NCBI RefSeq assembly: GCF_009834535.1 | Contig: NC_045697.1 | Coordinates: forward strand, 108,688,001 to 108,752,000 | Reading direction: 5' to 3' | Length of the DNA stretch: 64,000 bases | Source of the DNA: Camelus ferus | Lineage: Eukaryota | In this document: positions 50,343-63,900 of the stretch, one piece after another | Layout: the number at the start of each line of letters is the position of its first letter | How positions within the stretch are numbered: the stretch's first letter is position 1 | Position numbers and translations under genes: made by a program | Notes under the pieces: model-generated | What the model was told of the DNA's origin: nothing | What the model saw: only the letters and a program-made list of their open reading frames with translations | The model's database searches: none

Positions 50343-51116
50343 ACTCTTGTTTGCATCTCTGAACCAATGTAGTTCTAGGTCTGCTTTAAGAACTTAGGCC
50401 AACGTTTTTGAACTAAAATAGCCAAAGTATATTGAAATGAAGATATTTGAAAATTAATCACTTTTCATTCACATGTACTTTCTAAATTAACTTTGTTTAA
50501 TATTGGGTATCTTCCAAAGGATCAGCTTTTAGAAAGGAAGAGCAGAGAAGGATTTTCATACCCAGAAATTGTCTTCTAAGCTGCCAACATCTTGCCCATT
50601 TTTCTCTAGGCACTGTCTCATTTGTGCCCTAATCTTTTTATGCTCAAGATTCTGTAGCAGCAGTAAAAGGCTAAGATTGAGAAGCTACTAGCATGCAATC
50701 TTCAGACTTCGAAAAGTCGCTTAATTCACAGGACTTCTTGTAGCATATTTTCTGAGGTATACAAATCCAGCTCTCCTTACATGCAATCCTGTTAAAAGCC
50801 ACACCAGCCAGCTACGACTGTGTTATAGTCCCTCGTCCCTCCTGGCAAACAATGGCGGCAAAGATAAATGGTGCTCAGAGAGAAGTAGGGGCTGAAAGGC
50901 AAGATAAGAAAACAGCCCTTATCTACCTCAATATTTTCCCAAAGTCAACTGTGAATTCATAATACATAAGTTATCATAGTATTTTTTGATTATTACCTTG
51001 TTTTTATTCTCAACCCTTTGATGTGGTAGTTTCTGGCAATTCATTTGACTTCCCTTATTTTCAATTTCTTCATCTACAAAAGAGAAAATATATTTTGCTT
51101 ACTAAAAAGCATCTAA

Positions 51117-51498
51117 AAAGAAAACTACCATATGATATCACTTATATATGGAATCGGAAAGAAAGACACAAATGAGCTTATTTACAAAACAGAAACAGAC
51201 TCACATAGAAAACGAACTTACGTTACAGGATTGAAGGGAGATGATGGGAAGGGATAAATTGGAGTTTGAGATTTGCAGATATTAATTAATGTATATAAAC
51301 TAGATAAATAACAAGTTTATGCTGTATAGCACAGGGAACTATATTCAATATCTTGTAGTAACCTATAATGAAAAAGACTATGAAAACAAATATATGTATG
51401 TATATGTACGACTGATACATTATGTTGTAAACCAGAAATTGATGCAATGTTATAAACTGACTATATATCAATTAAATAAATGAATAAATTAATAAAAA
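51117..51498 (+). mobile_element. Lineage-specific L1 3' end
   Basis: taccatatgatatcacttatatatggaatc ... A-rich tail. TSD taaaaagcatctaa (51103-51116) / taaaaagtatctaa (51499-51512). Confidence 0.9.
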
Positions 51499-51679
51499 TA
51501 AAAAGTATCTAAGATCTCAGCAAATTAAAAATTCTTTTTAGTCCATGAGTTTCATATTACAAATGAGGAAATGCGGTGCAGAGGAGTTTAAATGACGACT
51601 CTACATTCAAACCTCTCTAACAGTGGGATTAAGCTTCAAATCCAGGCCTTCTCATTCTTTTTTTTTTTTAATGTCCATA

Positions 51680-52752
51680 TTTCATTTTATTTTATTTTAT
51701 TTTTGCTGGTTATTTGTGAATATACTATTATTATGTCCTTTTATTAAATTGAAGTATAGTCAGTTATAATGTGTCAATTTCTGGCATACAGCACAATGTC
51801 TCAGTCATGCATGTATATATACATATATTCATTTTCATATTCTTTTCCATTAAAGGTCATTACAAGATATTGAACATAGTTCCCTGTGCTATACAGAATA
51901 AATTTGTTTTTTAATCTATTTTTATATACAGTGGTTCACATTTGCAAATATCAAATACTCAAATTTATCCCTTCCCACTCTCTTTCCCCCCGTAAAGATA
52001 AGATTGTTTACTATGTCTGCGAGTCTGTTTCTGTTTTGTACATGAGTTCACAGTGTCCTCTTTTTTCTTTTTTTCTTTTTTTTTTTTAAGATTCCACATA
52101 TGAATGATATCATATGCTATTTTTCTTTCTCTTTTTGGCTTACTTCACTTAGAATGACATTCTCCAGGTCCATTCATGTTGCTGCAAATGGCATTATTTT
52201 ATTCTTTCTATGGCTGAGTAGTACTCCATTGTATAAATATACCACAGCTTCTTAATCAGTCATCTGTCGATGGACATTTAGGTTGTTTCCATGTCTTGGC
52301 TATTGTAAATAGTGCTGCTATGAATACTGGGGGTGCATTTATCTTTTTGAATTAAGGTTGTCTCTGGATATATACCTAGGAGTGGGATTGCTGGATCATA
52401 TAGTAAGTCTATTTTTAGTTTTTTGAGGAATCTCCATACTGTTTTCCATAAAAGCTGCACCAAATTACATTCCCATCAACAGTGTAGGAGGGTTCCCTTT
52501 TCTCCACACCCTCTCAGCATTTATCATTTGTGGACTTTTGAACGATGGGCATTCTGACTGGTATGAGGTGATACCTCATTGGTTTTGATTTGCATTTCTT
52601 TGATAATTAGTGATACTGAGCATTTTTTCATGTGCCTATTGGCCATTTGTATGTCTTCCTTGGAGAATTGCTTGTTTAGATCTTCTGCCCATTTTTGGAT
52701 TGGGTTGGGTTTTTTTTTTTTTTTGTTACTAAGTTGTATGAGCTGTTTATAT
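51680..52752 (-). mobile_element. Lineage-specific L1 3' end with ORF2 C-terminus
   Basis: ORF 52278-52463 reads [29 protein letters not shown]. Confidence 0.92.
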
Positions 52753-53085
52753 CATTTTATTTTTTATAATGAGTAGATATTACATTTACAATAAACACTT
52801 TCTATTTTGAAAAATGGCTTTGGAAATAGAGTGGTATTTGAACTTTACGTGGATTGAAATAGTGTACAAGGATCTCTACATGAGGGCCTTCCCATTTTGA
52901 TCACTGCCTGAGCCTTCCACTTGGTCCTACCAATATAACCACTTTTTGCTTGCTTTGTATTGCTTATTAACATATGAAAGTAGATTTCTGCTCTACCATT
53001 TTTTTCTGTGTGTGTCTCAAAGCCAAATGCCCTGATTTCTTTTGCCAAAGTTAATACAGGATAGCGTCTTTCTCTCTCTCTCTCT

Positions 53086-53088
<3 letters not shown>

Positions 53089-53123
<35 letters not shown>

Positions 53124-53235
53124 GTGGAAGAAGGTAATTGTGTTTATTTATCTATTTAATGGAGGAACTGGGGATTAAACCCAGGACTTTGGGCATGCTA
53201 GGCATGCACTCTACCCCTGAGCTATACCCTACCCC
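53089..53235 (-). mobile_element. tRNA-Ala-derived SINE with a long poly(A) and adjacent (GA)n
   Basis: T run at 53089-53122, then ggaggaactggggattaaacccagg ... gagctataccctacccc. Confidence 0.88.
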
Positions 53236-53270
53236 CTTAAATCTTTTTTTTGCCCAAATTAATCTCTTTT

Positions 53271-53839
53271 TTTTTAACATTTTTTTATTGATTTGTAATC
53301 ATCTTACAATGTTTTGTCAAATTCCAGTGTACAGCACAGTTTTTCAGTTACACATGAACATATATATATTCGTTGTCACATTTTTTTCTCTGTGATCTAC
53401 CATAAGATCTTGTATATATTTCCCTGTGCTATACAGTATAATCTTGTTTATCTAGTCTACAATTTTGAAATCCCAGTCTATCTCTTCCTACCCCCTGCCC
53501 CCTTGTCAACCACAAGTTTATATTCTATGTCTGTTGAGTCTATTTCTGTTTTGTATTTATGCTTCATTTGTGGGGTTTTTTTTTCAGATTCCACATATGA
53601 GCAATCTCATGTGGTATTTTTCTTTCTCTTTCTGGCTTACTTCACTTAGAATGACGTTCTCCAGGGGCATCCATGTTGCTGCAAATGGCGCTATGTTGTC
53701 GTGTTTTATGGCTGAGTAGTATTCCATTGTATAAATATACCACATCTTCTTTATCCAGTCATCTGCTGATGGACATTTAGGCTGTTTCCATGTCTTGGCT
53801 ATTGTAAATAATGCTACTATGAACATTGGGGTGCAGATG
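53271..53839 (-). mobile_element. Young L1 3' end
   Basis: ORF 53584-53826 reads MFIVALFTIAKTWKQPKCPS. Perfect TSD caaattaatctctttt (53255-53270 / 53840-53855). Confidence 0.93.
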
Positions 53840-56099
53840 CAAATTAATCTCTTTTAAAGAGTATAATCCAGAGACGGGACAGAGGAAATGTGTAAGCATG
53901 ATGTGATGTGGTGAAAGCTGTCTTCTGGGTAGCTTTTGGCAAAATTAAGTGCCTTTTTAAATTCAGGAACTAGATGTTAAGCCCTCCCAGTTCTTAGCTT
54001 AGTAGATGGGATCAAGTGAAGCCAGTCAGAGGTTAAGAGGAATTTGATTAGCCATAAAACAAAACAAAAACAAAAAGAAAGAGAAAGCCAGCAAGTAAGA
54101 ATGGGTGCTGAGTCGAGTCCTTGCCTTGAGTGCTCTCGCTCCCCGGGGAGCCTGAGCCGGAGCGTGGTGGCCGTGGTGAGCAGTCGGCCCTGAGGCTTTC
54201 AAAGGTGCAATATCTCCAACCAAATGAGCCGGATGGGAGCTAAGTACAAGGGAAGTGGTAAAAACTACAAGGGGGTCCCTGTCTGGTTGATGGTGGCGTT
54301 CAGTTCAGGTCGGCCACCAGCAAGGACTCGCCATTCCGTACAGCACAGGCAGCTCTGAGGCCAGATGTCAAAGTTCCGCGGGGCTGAAAAGGGTCCCTGC
54401 TGAGGGCTGATGAGTTTTTCCAAGCTTATTTGCAAACCCTTTTCCCCCTTCATCTTTAAGATAAGAAGTTGAATCACTAAGTTTCCTTCCTGCTCCATAA
54501 CTCAAAAAATGAAACAAAACAAAATAGAAAACCCAATAACCTTCATTTTCTAAGCATCTTTCTAGATTCTGTTGGAGGCTGCCCTGTAGATGACTCAGTC
54601 GCTTTCCTAATGCTGCAACTGTGAACTGTTGGCAAATTGAGATTTTTAACGTTTATTTCAATGTGATAACATTTAGGAATATCTTATTTGTCTTTTGAAG
54701 AACTTAATCCTAAAACACTATCATAATCACTATAGCAAGTTGCTCTTTGAACCAGAAGTGGTTAAAAACCAGATAACCATTTTCAGTGTGTAACATACAA
54801 CTTCTGTTTACATCAAAATCAAAAATAGGTTTCCCCTGGGGGAAAAAAAACCCTCTCTTTCTCATCAGGCGGTGGTTTAAGAAAGTATACTATAGATTTT
54901 CCCAAAACAAAAACCATACTTTCACTTCTGCCATGTGCAGCCTTTGACCAGCACTGAGACGTCATTACATTTGAAATAATTTTCAAACATGCCACACCTG
55001 GGCATTGAGTTAACTGTCGGAGTCACGGGCACCGTCGGAACTCAGAAGCCAGTTTTTGGCAGTAGGGAACAGACAAAATAAAGCACACAGGCTCAGGACA
55101 GCTTCCTGGAAGCCAGGTATTAACTTTCCCTGCAGTGTCATTGTCAGGTTCACTTCCTCAGTGTTTGGGGCTAATTGGACAGTGCCATGAGTCCCATGTG
55201 GCAACCACACCTCCACATTGCAATGACTACCCAAAACGAGAAACAAATGCTCCTTACCCTTCTCAGTAAATTCAGCTCCTTTTGTCTTTCTTTGTCTTTT
55301 AGACTATAGCAGTGAGTAAGTGGCGAGGAGAGATGAATGAGTCTGGCTGACAGGTTACAGGGGGAGGAAGTGACTGTTCTCGTGGCCAGAACCTGCCCGC
55401 TCCGTGGTCAGGAGGATGTAAGGGACCCGCCTCCTTTTGTCCTGGACCTGCAGGTCTCAGGGTGTGATGCCTGGTTTACTGTGTTGTATCAGGACGGGGG
55501 TCTTATTGGGAGCACAGGGTAAGATCGCATCCTGGTGGGTGGAGAGCGGAATTTTCCTGGCAGGGAGTGTGTCGGAGAGGGGTCGGTAGGTGGGTGGGTG
55601 ACGGGTCATTCCCAGGAAAGGAGGCTGGTCCTCGGGAAGGAGCTAGAAGTGGGAGGGCAGGGCAGGCAGACAGGACGGGCAACCCCTTCTCCTCATGGCC
55701 TCCCCGTGTTCTTAGGCCAGGGTCATAATTCTGCAACCCCATCCCTCTGGAGCGGGGAGTGAGACGGTCTCCACTGTGGAGACAGCCTGGAAGCAAGGTG
55801 GCGAGGCTCCCCCTGGAGAGCTAGTGGACGTTGGAACACGCTGTTACTCTCTGCAGCTTTTGTATGGACTTGCTTTAATGATTTTAGCTCAGTCATGGCT
55901 GTGGCCGTGAAGATTTAAAGGTAGCATTGTGGGTCTTCTCCTGAATCAAGGGGGAGCTTGTGTGTTATGAGGGGGCACTCCAGACTCAAGTGGGATGGTC
56001 CCAAAGGGATGCTGAGCGTGGAAGCACAGATGGCATCTGGCCACCAGCCCCGGTGGTACTTTTTCCTCTGCTGTCAACCTTGGAGGCAGTTTACATCGG

Positions 56100-56270
56100 A
56101 CTGTTGAGCCAGTCTTTGAGGGTTTATGTCTCCATCTGTCACTTACTGGTTGTTTACCTTGGGGACGTTAGCCTCTGTGGGCCTGCATTTCATTGTCTGC
56201 GAAAGGGGATGTGACAGGTTGGTTGTAAGGATTACGTGAGTTTATTGGGTAGCATGTAAGTGCTACATCA
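56100..56270 (+). mobile_element. MIR
   Basis: cacttactggttgtttaccttgggg ... gcctctgtgggcctgcatttcattgtctg ... ggttgtaaggatta. Confidence 0.65.
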
Positions 56271-56754
56271 GCGTTATCTTCACTTTAAGATTAAGGATAC
56301 TGGTGGATTTCCTGGTCACAGGAACCTGGGTATCACTGGTGAAATGGGTCAGCAGCTGCTGAAGGAAAGGCCAAGCAGAAAAGGATAGAAAGACAATGGG
56401 AGACGAGGACTATGTGGTCGCCACATGACAATGAATGGGAAATGGTTAAAAAGGACACCCTGCATGGCCACCTCCAGGAGAAATCGTCTCAGTGCCCCCG
56501 TTTCCTCCCAGCGGGAAAAGGGCAGGAGTGAGACTTCAGCTGGGACTTAGGATCCTTGATGGCAACGGAAGGAGCTGATTCAAATATATCACTGCCACCT
56601 CCCTCTTCCATGAGATGAAAACTTCCTAGATTTTACAGCACAGTTGTAAGCACAGACTCCGAGGATATTTGGTGCAGCCGCTCCCAGAGGAGCTGATGAA
56701 AACTGTTAGTCATAAGGAGAGTCTGTTTGGCTCTTGTAAGGTCTGCTCGTCCCC

Positions 56755-56880
56755 CACTGGCTTAGTTTTTTGGCTGCTGGAACAAATGATCACAAATTGA
56801 GGGGCATAAAACAACAGGAATGTATTCTCTCCCAGTTTTGGAGGGTGAAGGAGTTGGTTCTTTCTGGAGGCAACAGTTAA
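56755..56880 (-). mobile_element. MLT1 LTR fragment
   Basis: aaaacaacaggaatgtattctctcccagttttggagg. Confidence 0.7.
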
Positions 56881-59800
56881 GATTCGGGAGGAGCTTAGGT
56901 GATCCCCTCTGAGCCTCCAAGTGCCAGTGGGAGTTTCTGCAGGGCTGGACGGTGACAGCTGGGGCGCCTCTGGCGAGGTTGGGGTCGGCGCAGAGCAGCA
57001 CCCGGGCAAACCCTGGAAAGAGGGCCTTGCCTAAAAAACCGTATCCACATCTATTTGCACTGCCCTTTCCACACCAAACTGCTCAGCCTCCATCAGAGAA
57101 TTGCCCCATCTCCTCCGGGCACAGCTGGCCCCGGAGAGGAAGGACAGAGAGAGAGAACAGGTCTCCTGTGCGTAATCATAGCCGGTGCTCCTGGAAGGCT
57201 GGCCCCGGCTCCGACCATGAAGGATGATGGCCCATTACTAGATGCACCGAGAAGGACACTCCAAGCCACTTTATTTTCAAAGGGGCCAAAGCAAACCAAC
57301 GGCCCTTGCTTTTCATCTGGCGGGGTGTTTGCTTCATGCGGTGGCTCTTAGCAACGGCCTCGTCCCTCCTGATTAGCGCTGCCATTAGCGAAATGATTCC
57401 TCCGCACCGTGAGTCACCGCGGAGCCCCACGACTGTCACCATTCCAGATGGTGAGAACATCAGCGACCGAAATGGCCCTCCCTGTCAGTGTTTGTTCTCG
57501 GAACCACAGGGGACAGACACCAGCTTGTAGCCTGGAGAGATGTACAAGGTGGAGCTGCGAGGGAACGACCCTGATTGCACCAGCCACGTGTGGAAGTCGG
57601 TCGTTTGCTTTCCTTCAGATTCACAACAGACCACAGAGGCCAGAGAGCACCACTGACTGCGAGAAGCGGAAGAACAAAAAAAAAGGCTCATGCGACCCTG
57701 CAAAATGCAAGAAACAAGAAACAGGTGCTCAGATGGTCTCAGGGATGTGCTGTCGACAGGAAGGCTCTGTGTGGACTTCTTCCTACTGTCACCTCCGTAG
57801 ACTTGCAGGCCTCAGAGGAAAAGAAAGGCATCCAATCCATGCATATTTCCATGTGCCGACAAAAAAAAAAAAAAAAAAAAAAAAGCCATCTGCAGTTGCT
57901 CATGGAGACAGCAAAAAGCCCAACATCTTGGCAGTTTGAATTTTCAGGGAAAGACAGGCTAAGTTAAAGAAAAAATAAAGTCCATTTTTAGAGTTTGTGC
58001 AAATGACTTCAAGAAGCTGTTTGAGTTAAGCAGGTCACCCCACCCCCTACCTGAATATCTGGTTTCTTTGGAGAGCCATCAGGCCGGCCTAAGCACAGCT
58101 GAATTTATTTTAACAATTTTTCCGGCTTACATTGTACAACATAATACCGGGCGAAGCCGCATCATCATGATGGCTGAGTGAAGCGCTCCTTTCACAACTG
58201 GTTGTTTTAAGTTAATAGCAGAGCAACTGAGCAACTGCTAAAAAGATGATGCATTGGCTTAATTCCATGTTGTTCCCGAGCTCAGCATCTGAGTTAATAT
58301 GCACACGGAGATGTTGGCAGACGTCTCCTTTTGATAATAATATTCATTTTTATGAATGGCTCGTTTATTTGCTATATGTTCCTCTTTAGCCCTGCCCTCG
58401 TTTCTCCCCTTGGTACGGAGTCTGGCTCCCAGGATGCAAAGGTAACTGAGGAAGGCTAGATCTGCATTTTAATGGAGACAGTGAGCAGGCAGCTGCTGAC
58501 GACAGCTCCCCGCAGCAGTGAAAAATGACTGCGAGGAAAAAAAAAATTACGAAAACGAATCAGTGGTAGAAATTGCTTTCAGAAGTGCTAGTCAGCTGGT
58601 TATTTCCTGAGTCTACACCCTGTGTATCTTTGTAGGTGTGTTTGTTTCAAATCCAGGCAGTGACTCATCATTACAGAGAACCTCTCCCAGCCACTCACCT
58701 CCTGCAGGAGGAAACTTTATACGCACAAGACGTTTTCTCTTTTTCATCTAGTCACCTGAAGACTAAGAGGAGCACCCTTACTTGGGCAAAAAAAAAAAAA
58801 AAAAAAAAAGTACAACCCTCAAAGGAAAATGCACTTTACTTTCATCCTGAAGGTGATTGGAGCCTGGTTGGGAGGGGCTTGCAGTGGCTCCAGCTTTTCT
58901 TGCAATTGCATGTGTGTTTACAGCAGGGCCCCCAAGGATCTGATCATTTCTGTGGAGCTGTACTGGTATGTTCTCAGCCCACCAGACTATCTGCTTTCCC
59001 CCAATTTCTGAATGTTTACTGGGAAGGAGGAGACGAGGCTGCCCTCCGTTACCCTCTGGAGCATGGATTCCTCTTTGGTCCTCCCTCCTGCACAGCCCCC
59101 CTGCAGAACAAAGATGCAGATGGGAAAACAGAGAAAGGGATCACTAAGGAGCTCTTTGGGGTCACAAGCCACAGCCAGGGAGAGAGCCAAGACTCCTCAA
59201 AACATACAAGAGGCGGTAGAGCCCAGTGTAGAACTTCACTGCAGAGTCAGACTGCCCTGCCTGGGATCCGGGGTCTCCTGCTTAGCAGCCATGTGACCCT
59301 CAGTCTCCGGGAAATGAACACGATTCTAGTACCTCTTTCAGGAGGTTGCAGAAAGGCCTAAATGAGTCCGTGCAGGTACATTACTTAGAATGTATGTTAC
59401 CTGGCATAAAGTGAGTTCCAGCCACTGTTGGTATTTCAGCTCCTGGACGAAGTAGTCCCTGATTCAAATGCCCTCAAATGCCCGATGGTACCCATCACCC
59501 TGGGTCAGCAATAAGAAGACCTCATCAGGGGAAATTAAACCTATCCCCCTCTGCCTCTCAGATTCTTAATGAAGGGAGCTGGTCCTGAAGGTAATTGCTC
59601 CTGGGCGCTGAGGGAGACATGCTTGAGTTTTCCTCCAGGTGGAAAACTGAAAAGACCTCCTCCTCCAAGACTCAAAACTGGTCATGCCTCTCTTGTGTCC
59701 CTATCTCATCGCAGCTTGGGGGCTCACTTGGCACTGCAGGGGTGGCTGCTAAAAATGCCCGGTATGTCAAAGCAGACCCTTTGGTCGGAGCACTCACACT

Positions 59801-60304
59801 CTGAAGCAGGAGTGTGAAGAACTGGATGATGGGACAGGCAGCCTCTGCCCTGGCCTCCTCAGGGCTAAGCGGAGATGGAGCGCGGGTATTCAGAGCAGAG
59901 GAGGGTCAGTGCAAACGGCTCAGCCCTGGAACCCTGTTGTCTGTTTTCAGACCTCTTTGCTCAGGGTAACAGGGTTCTCTCTTATTCCTTTTCTATTCCT
60001 TCCTCTTCCTCCTCCTCCTTCTTATTTAGAATTGATTTGCAATCTGTTTCAGAGGAAGACTCAGCATAGTGAGGTGGGTAAGAGCTTACAGTGGATTTCG
60101 CAGTGCAGTCCTGATATTCCCTGCTTGAAAAAGAGCAGGCGTGATCATTCAAACTGCTGATTCCTGGGCCAAACCCTCTCTGGGGTGATGACCCAGAATT
60201 TTGAATTTTTATGAAGCTGCTCAGATACTATGAGCACATTTAGGGTGAGAACTGTTTAGGGTGCACAGTTTAGGGTGAGAACTATTGACTTGGGGTTTTA
60301 ACCC

Positions 60305-60400
60305 AGCATCTTTATTTTGCAGATGGGGAAACTGAGGTCCAGGGAAGTGACTTTCCCAAAGTCACCCCGCTAGTTAGTGGTAGATGCAGAGGAAATGCAG
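60305..60400 (-). mobile_element. MIR core
   Basis: attttgcagatggggaaactgaggtccagggaagtgactttcccaaagtcac. Confidence 0.85.
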
Positions 60401-61974
60401 GAGTGTCCTCACTGCAGAGAGGGCTCTGGGCTCTCTGGATCTGAAACCTTCCCAGACAAGCAAATACTGACTTCCATTTCCTCTTCAAATGGCATATAGT
60501 CCTGGGCACAGTGGTGTGGGACTTATCGCCTTATTTGACAACAGGCACAAATTCTGTGTTCCCAAAGAAAACTCGAACCCAGTATATGCTCAATGAAAGG
60601 AAATTCATTTTAATGACGATCTCACTTAGAGTGTTTATGGATTCTGCATGTTTCATTCAGTAATTTAATGCTATTTTACCTTGAGTGTTGCTAGTGAATT
60701 GATGAAGTGGTTTTTTTAAAGATAGGAAAAAAAAAAGACCATACATAGAACAACTTTCAAGCCTTTTAAATTCGGCAAGAATTACTAACAATAACACGAA
60801 ACTAGGTAAAGTGGCAAAGCGTAGATAATGACAGAGTTGGGAAAAGCCAGTGGTCAAGAGAGAAGGTGTGGAGAACTTAGCTGCAGCCCAGATATTGTAT
60901 CTTACCTCGAAGTCGTGATGTCTCAGAGACTGCTGTTACAGAGTCTGTCACCAAACTGCAAGTAATTCAAGGCCAGAGGCTGGGACTCTTGTCTTCTTTA
61001 TACTGTCCCACAATACTAAGCTCAGCCTCAGGTAAACCCTCAAAACACGTGTTTCGGAGGGGATCAGTGTCACAGAGAAGAGAGACATGGTTTGGCAGAT
61101 GGCTGCAATGAGTCCAAGGAAGCACGGATGTAGTAGGACAAATGCAGAAAGTGTGGGTGATAGAATTTAAATCTGGGGCATGTGAGAGGCTACCCATCCA
61201 GCTCTACATTGAAACCATCTCAGATGGACCGATGGCTCTCTGTTCTCATTTCATTCATTCATGTTTATCTGTTCACTGATTCATTCCGTGATTCCAAAAA
61301 GATTTGTTGCTTTCTAATGGTAATGGGAATAATGACTGCCAATTATGGAGTGCCTACAGTGTGCCATTCCCGCCGACACAGCCCAGGAGCTGGAGCCCAG
61401 AGAAGCTGGGTGATTAGCCCTAGGTCACACAGCTGGGATTGGAATCCAAGCCTGCTCCGTGCCAGCTGTCCTTTGAGTCACCAGAATGCTGCGTGAAAGT
61501 GAGCCCTTATTCAGGCAGGTGCCTCCTAGCCTGTTCCATCACTTCCTCCCCGGAATGTGGTTCTGTCCCATCTCTGCCACCCACTCGCTGTGTGATGTTG
61601 GCCACATCTCTTCATTTCCAGGAGTCAAATGTCTTCATAAGACAAACATGGGCACTGACCAGGTGATGACTGAACTTCCTTGTTGCCCTGAAATTCTACA
61701 CATCTGTTACTGGATACTCGCTCCTCTCAGCTGGGGGATCATTGATGAAACTTCACAGATCTCTCATGACCTCGACTGGCTCATTGAGGCTGTTGCTTCC
61801 TGTGACAGAATCAGCCATTGCCCACCTGATACATATTCTTAGTAGAAGAATCCTTGACTTTCTTCAAGGTAGCAATGCACCCGTCTACAAGGCTACGTTT
61901 CTGGCTTTACTTAAGGCAAGATGAACCTCTTGTCTAAGTTTTGGCCAGTGTGATGGAAGTGGATCAGGCTTTCA

Positions 61975-62280
61975 GGGGAGTCCATTTCGCCTTTCCCCTT
62001 CTTCCTTCCTGCTGCCAGAAAGACAGCTTTGATGACTGGCGCTCCAGCAGCCATCTGGGGCCAGAGGCGACTTTGAGGATAGAATCCACGCCCCAAGGAT
62101 GGAGGCTCCGAAAGATGGAGAGAGCATGGGCTCAGGTGACCATGGACTCATGATACCAGCCCCAAACTTCCTCCCCCCAGATTTCTTGTAGGTGAGAGAA
62201 AAATAAACCCTTACAAATTTAAGTCTCTGTTCTTTTGGCTTTTTTACTATATGCAGGCAAACTAATTTTCATTGATACAC
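61975..62280 (+). mobile_element. MLT1J-like LTR
   Basis: ctccagcagccatctggggccagagg ... gtgagagaaaaataaacc ... tgataca. Confidence 0.75.
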
Positions 62281-63719
62281 CTACAAACTCTTCATTCCTT
62301 CTTTCTTTCTCCAGTTATATTTCCCTTAAGTTGTAGTGTTAAGTTTGCTATGTCCTGCTGGACAAACTGATGACCTGCTGGTACCTGTGAATCAATATGC
62401 ACAACGCTGGATTCCTCATCATCTCTGAAAAACCATTTCTCCTGTGTTCCCCTTTGTGATAAACAGCAGTGCCAGTATTTCTATCACCAGTGTCAAAAGC
62501 CTGGCATTATCCTTCATTCCTCTTAATCAGTTATCAAATCCTATAGTTTTTCCATGTGTTGAGCTAATGTTTGAAGGGTATATTATCTCAAGAGATGATT
62601 GGTGTTGGGGTATGAAGGTAAGCCAAACAGATGTTTATCTGTTCTCGTGATGCTTACAATCAAGGGCAGGCATTTATCTTTTCTCACGAAGCTTATAATC
62701 AAGACAGGCATTAGTTGAATAATCACATGAACAAGCAAGTGCTGCCAAAAAAAAAAAAAGATACTGAGAACACACAGTGGGGGCCTGGGTAGGCTTGGAT
62801 GGAGCTGAAATTTGGAGGATGAATGGGACCTGATGGGGCAAAGAGCAGGTGTCGGGTGGCCAGGGCAGAGTTCAGGCAGAGGAAACAGCAGATGAGAAAG
62901 CCGGGGGAAGGAAGGGCAAAGGAGAGTCCCTGAGTTGAAGGAAGGCTGTTGACGGAAGCACTGAGCCTGGAGGGATCCAAGAGGCAAAGGCAGGCTGCAG
63001 GTGTGTGGAGGACTTTGAGCTTCGTTCCAAGATCAACGGGAAGACGTCTGAAGGGTTTTAAGCAGCCAAGAGAAGGTGGGCAGTGACCTGAGCCTATTTG
63101 TGGTGTCCTTCCTCATTCTCTTCTCTTTTCTTAATCCCCTCTGCTCCTACATTCGTTCCCATTTCCTGAAACTCACTCTCCACGAACTGAGCATCATTTG
63201 TCCAAGTCCCAGGGCTGATCCTTTTGCCCCTGTTCTCCCAAGTCTCTGCATGAGCTCCTCGTTTTCCTGCTAAATGAAATCTAACTTCCCAGGCCAGAGT
63301 TCAAGGCCATTTTCTTGAATGACCATCTGTTAAAACCTTTCGTCCTTCAAGACTCTGCTCCAAGTCGATTCTCTCCCTGAGGTGCTGCCTGCTCTCCTCA
63401 ACGCCAAGCCATCCTTGCTCTTGTGTCTCTGAGCCCTGTATCTGTTCCCTGCCAGTCACTTGTCCCTCTCTGCATTTGGGCACGAGACTTTTCTGCCAAA
63501 ACAGCTTGATGGGAGGATACTGGCTTGCTCGCTGCCCCCGACAGGCCCCATGGTGCCCCACTTAGAGCAAGGGGCTCAGTAAATGTCAACAGAAGGAACA
63601 GATGAATGGAAGTCAAATAAGTGGGCAAACAGCATCAAGGGTCACCTTTTGCAAAATTTCTCCCTAGTCATAAAAATGGCAAGTCTACACAGTGTCCCTG
63701 GTGGATGCAAGCTGATTTT

Positions 63720-63900
63720 GGAAACCTAGATTCAGGTCCCAGCTCCACCACATGCTACCTGTGTGACCTCATCTCTGTGTGCCTCAGTTTCCTCATCTGT
63801 AAAATGGGGGTGATAACATACCTACTTGGGGAGTTAAGTGAGTTAACTCACAGGGACACTTAGGAAAGTGCCTATTACAGAGGAAGTACTCAATAAAAGT
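63720..63900 (+). mobile_element. MIR
   Basis: ctctgtgtgcctcagtttcctcatctgtaaaatggggg. Confidence 0.9.

Noticed and set aside
52278..53826. Functional L1 ORF2 genes
   Set aside because: Only short C-terminal fragments of 5'-truncated copies are present, with no endonuclease or RT domain.
57409..57967. Overlapping 176-aa and 130-aa ORFs
   Set aside because: Poly-Lys from A-runs, non-ATG starts, and a GC-richer context where several frames are open by chance.
58636..59361. 241-aa ORF, the longest in the track
   Set aside because: It starts at GTG, has poly-Lys from an A homopolymer, ends in MIR-like sequence and shows no domain. It is probably a chance ORF.
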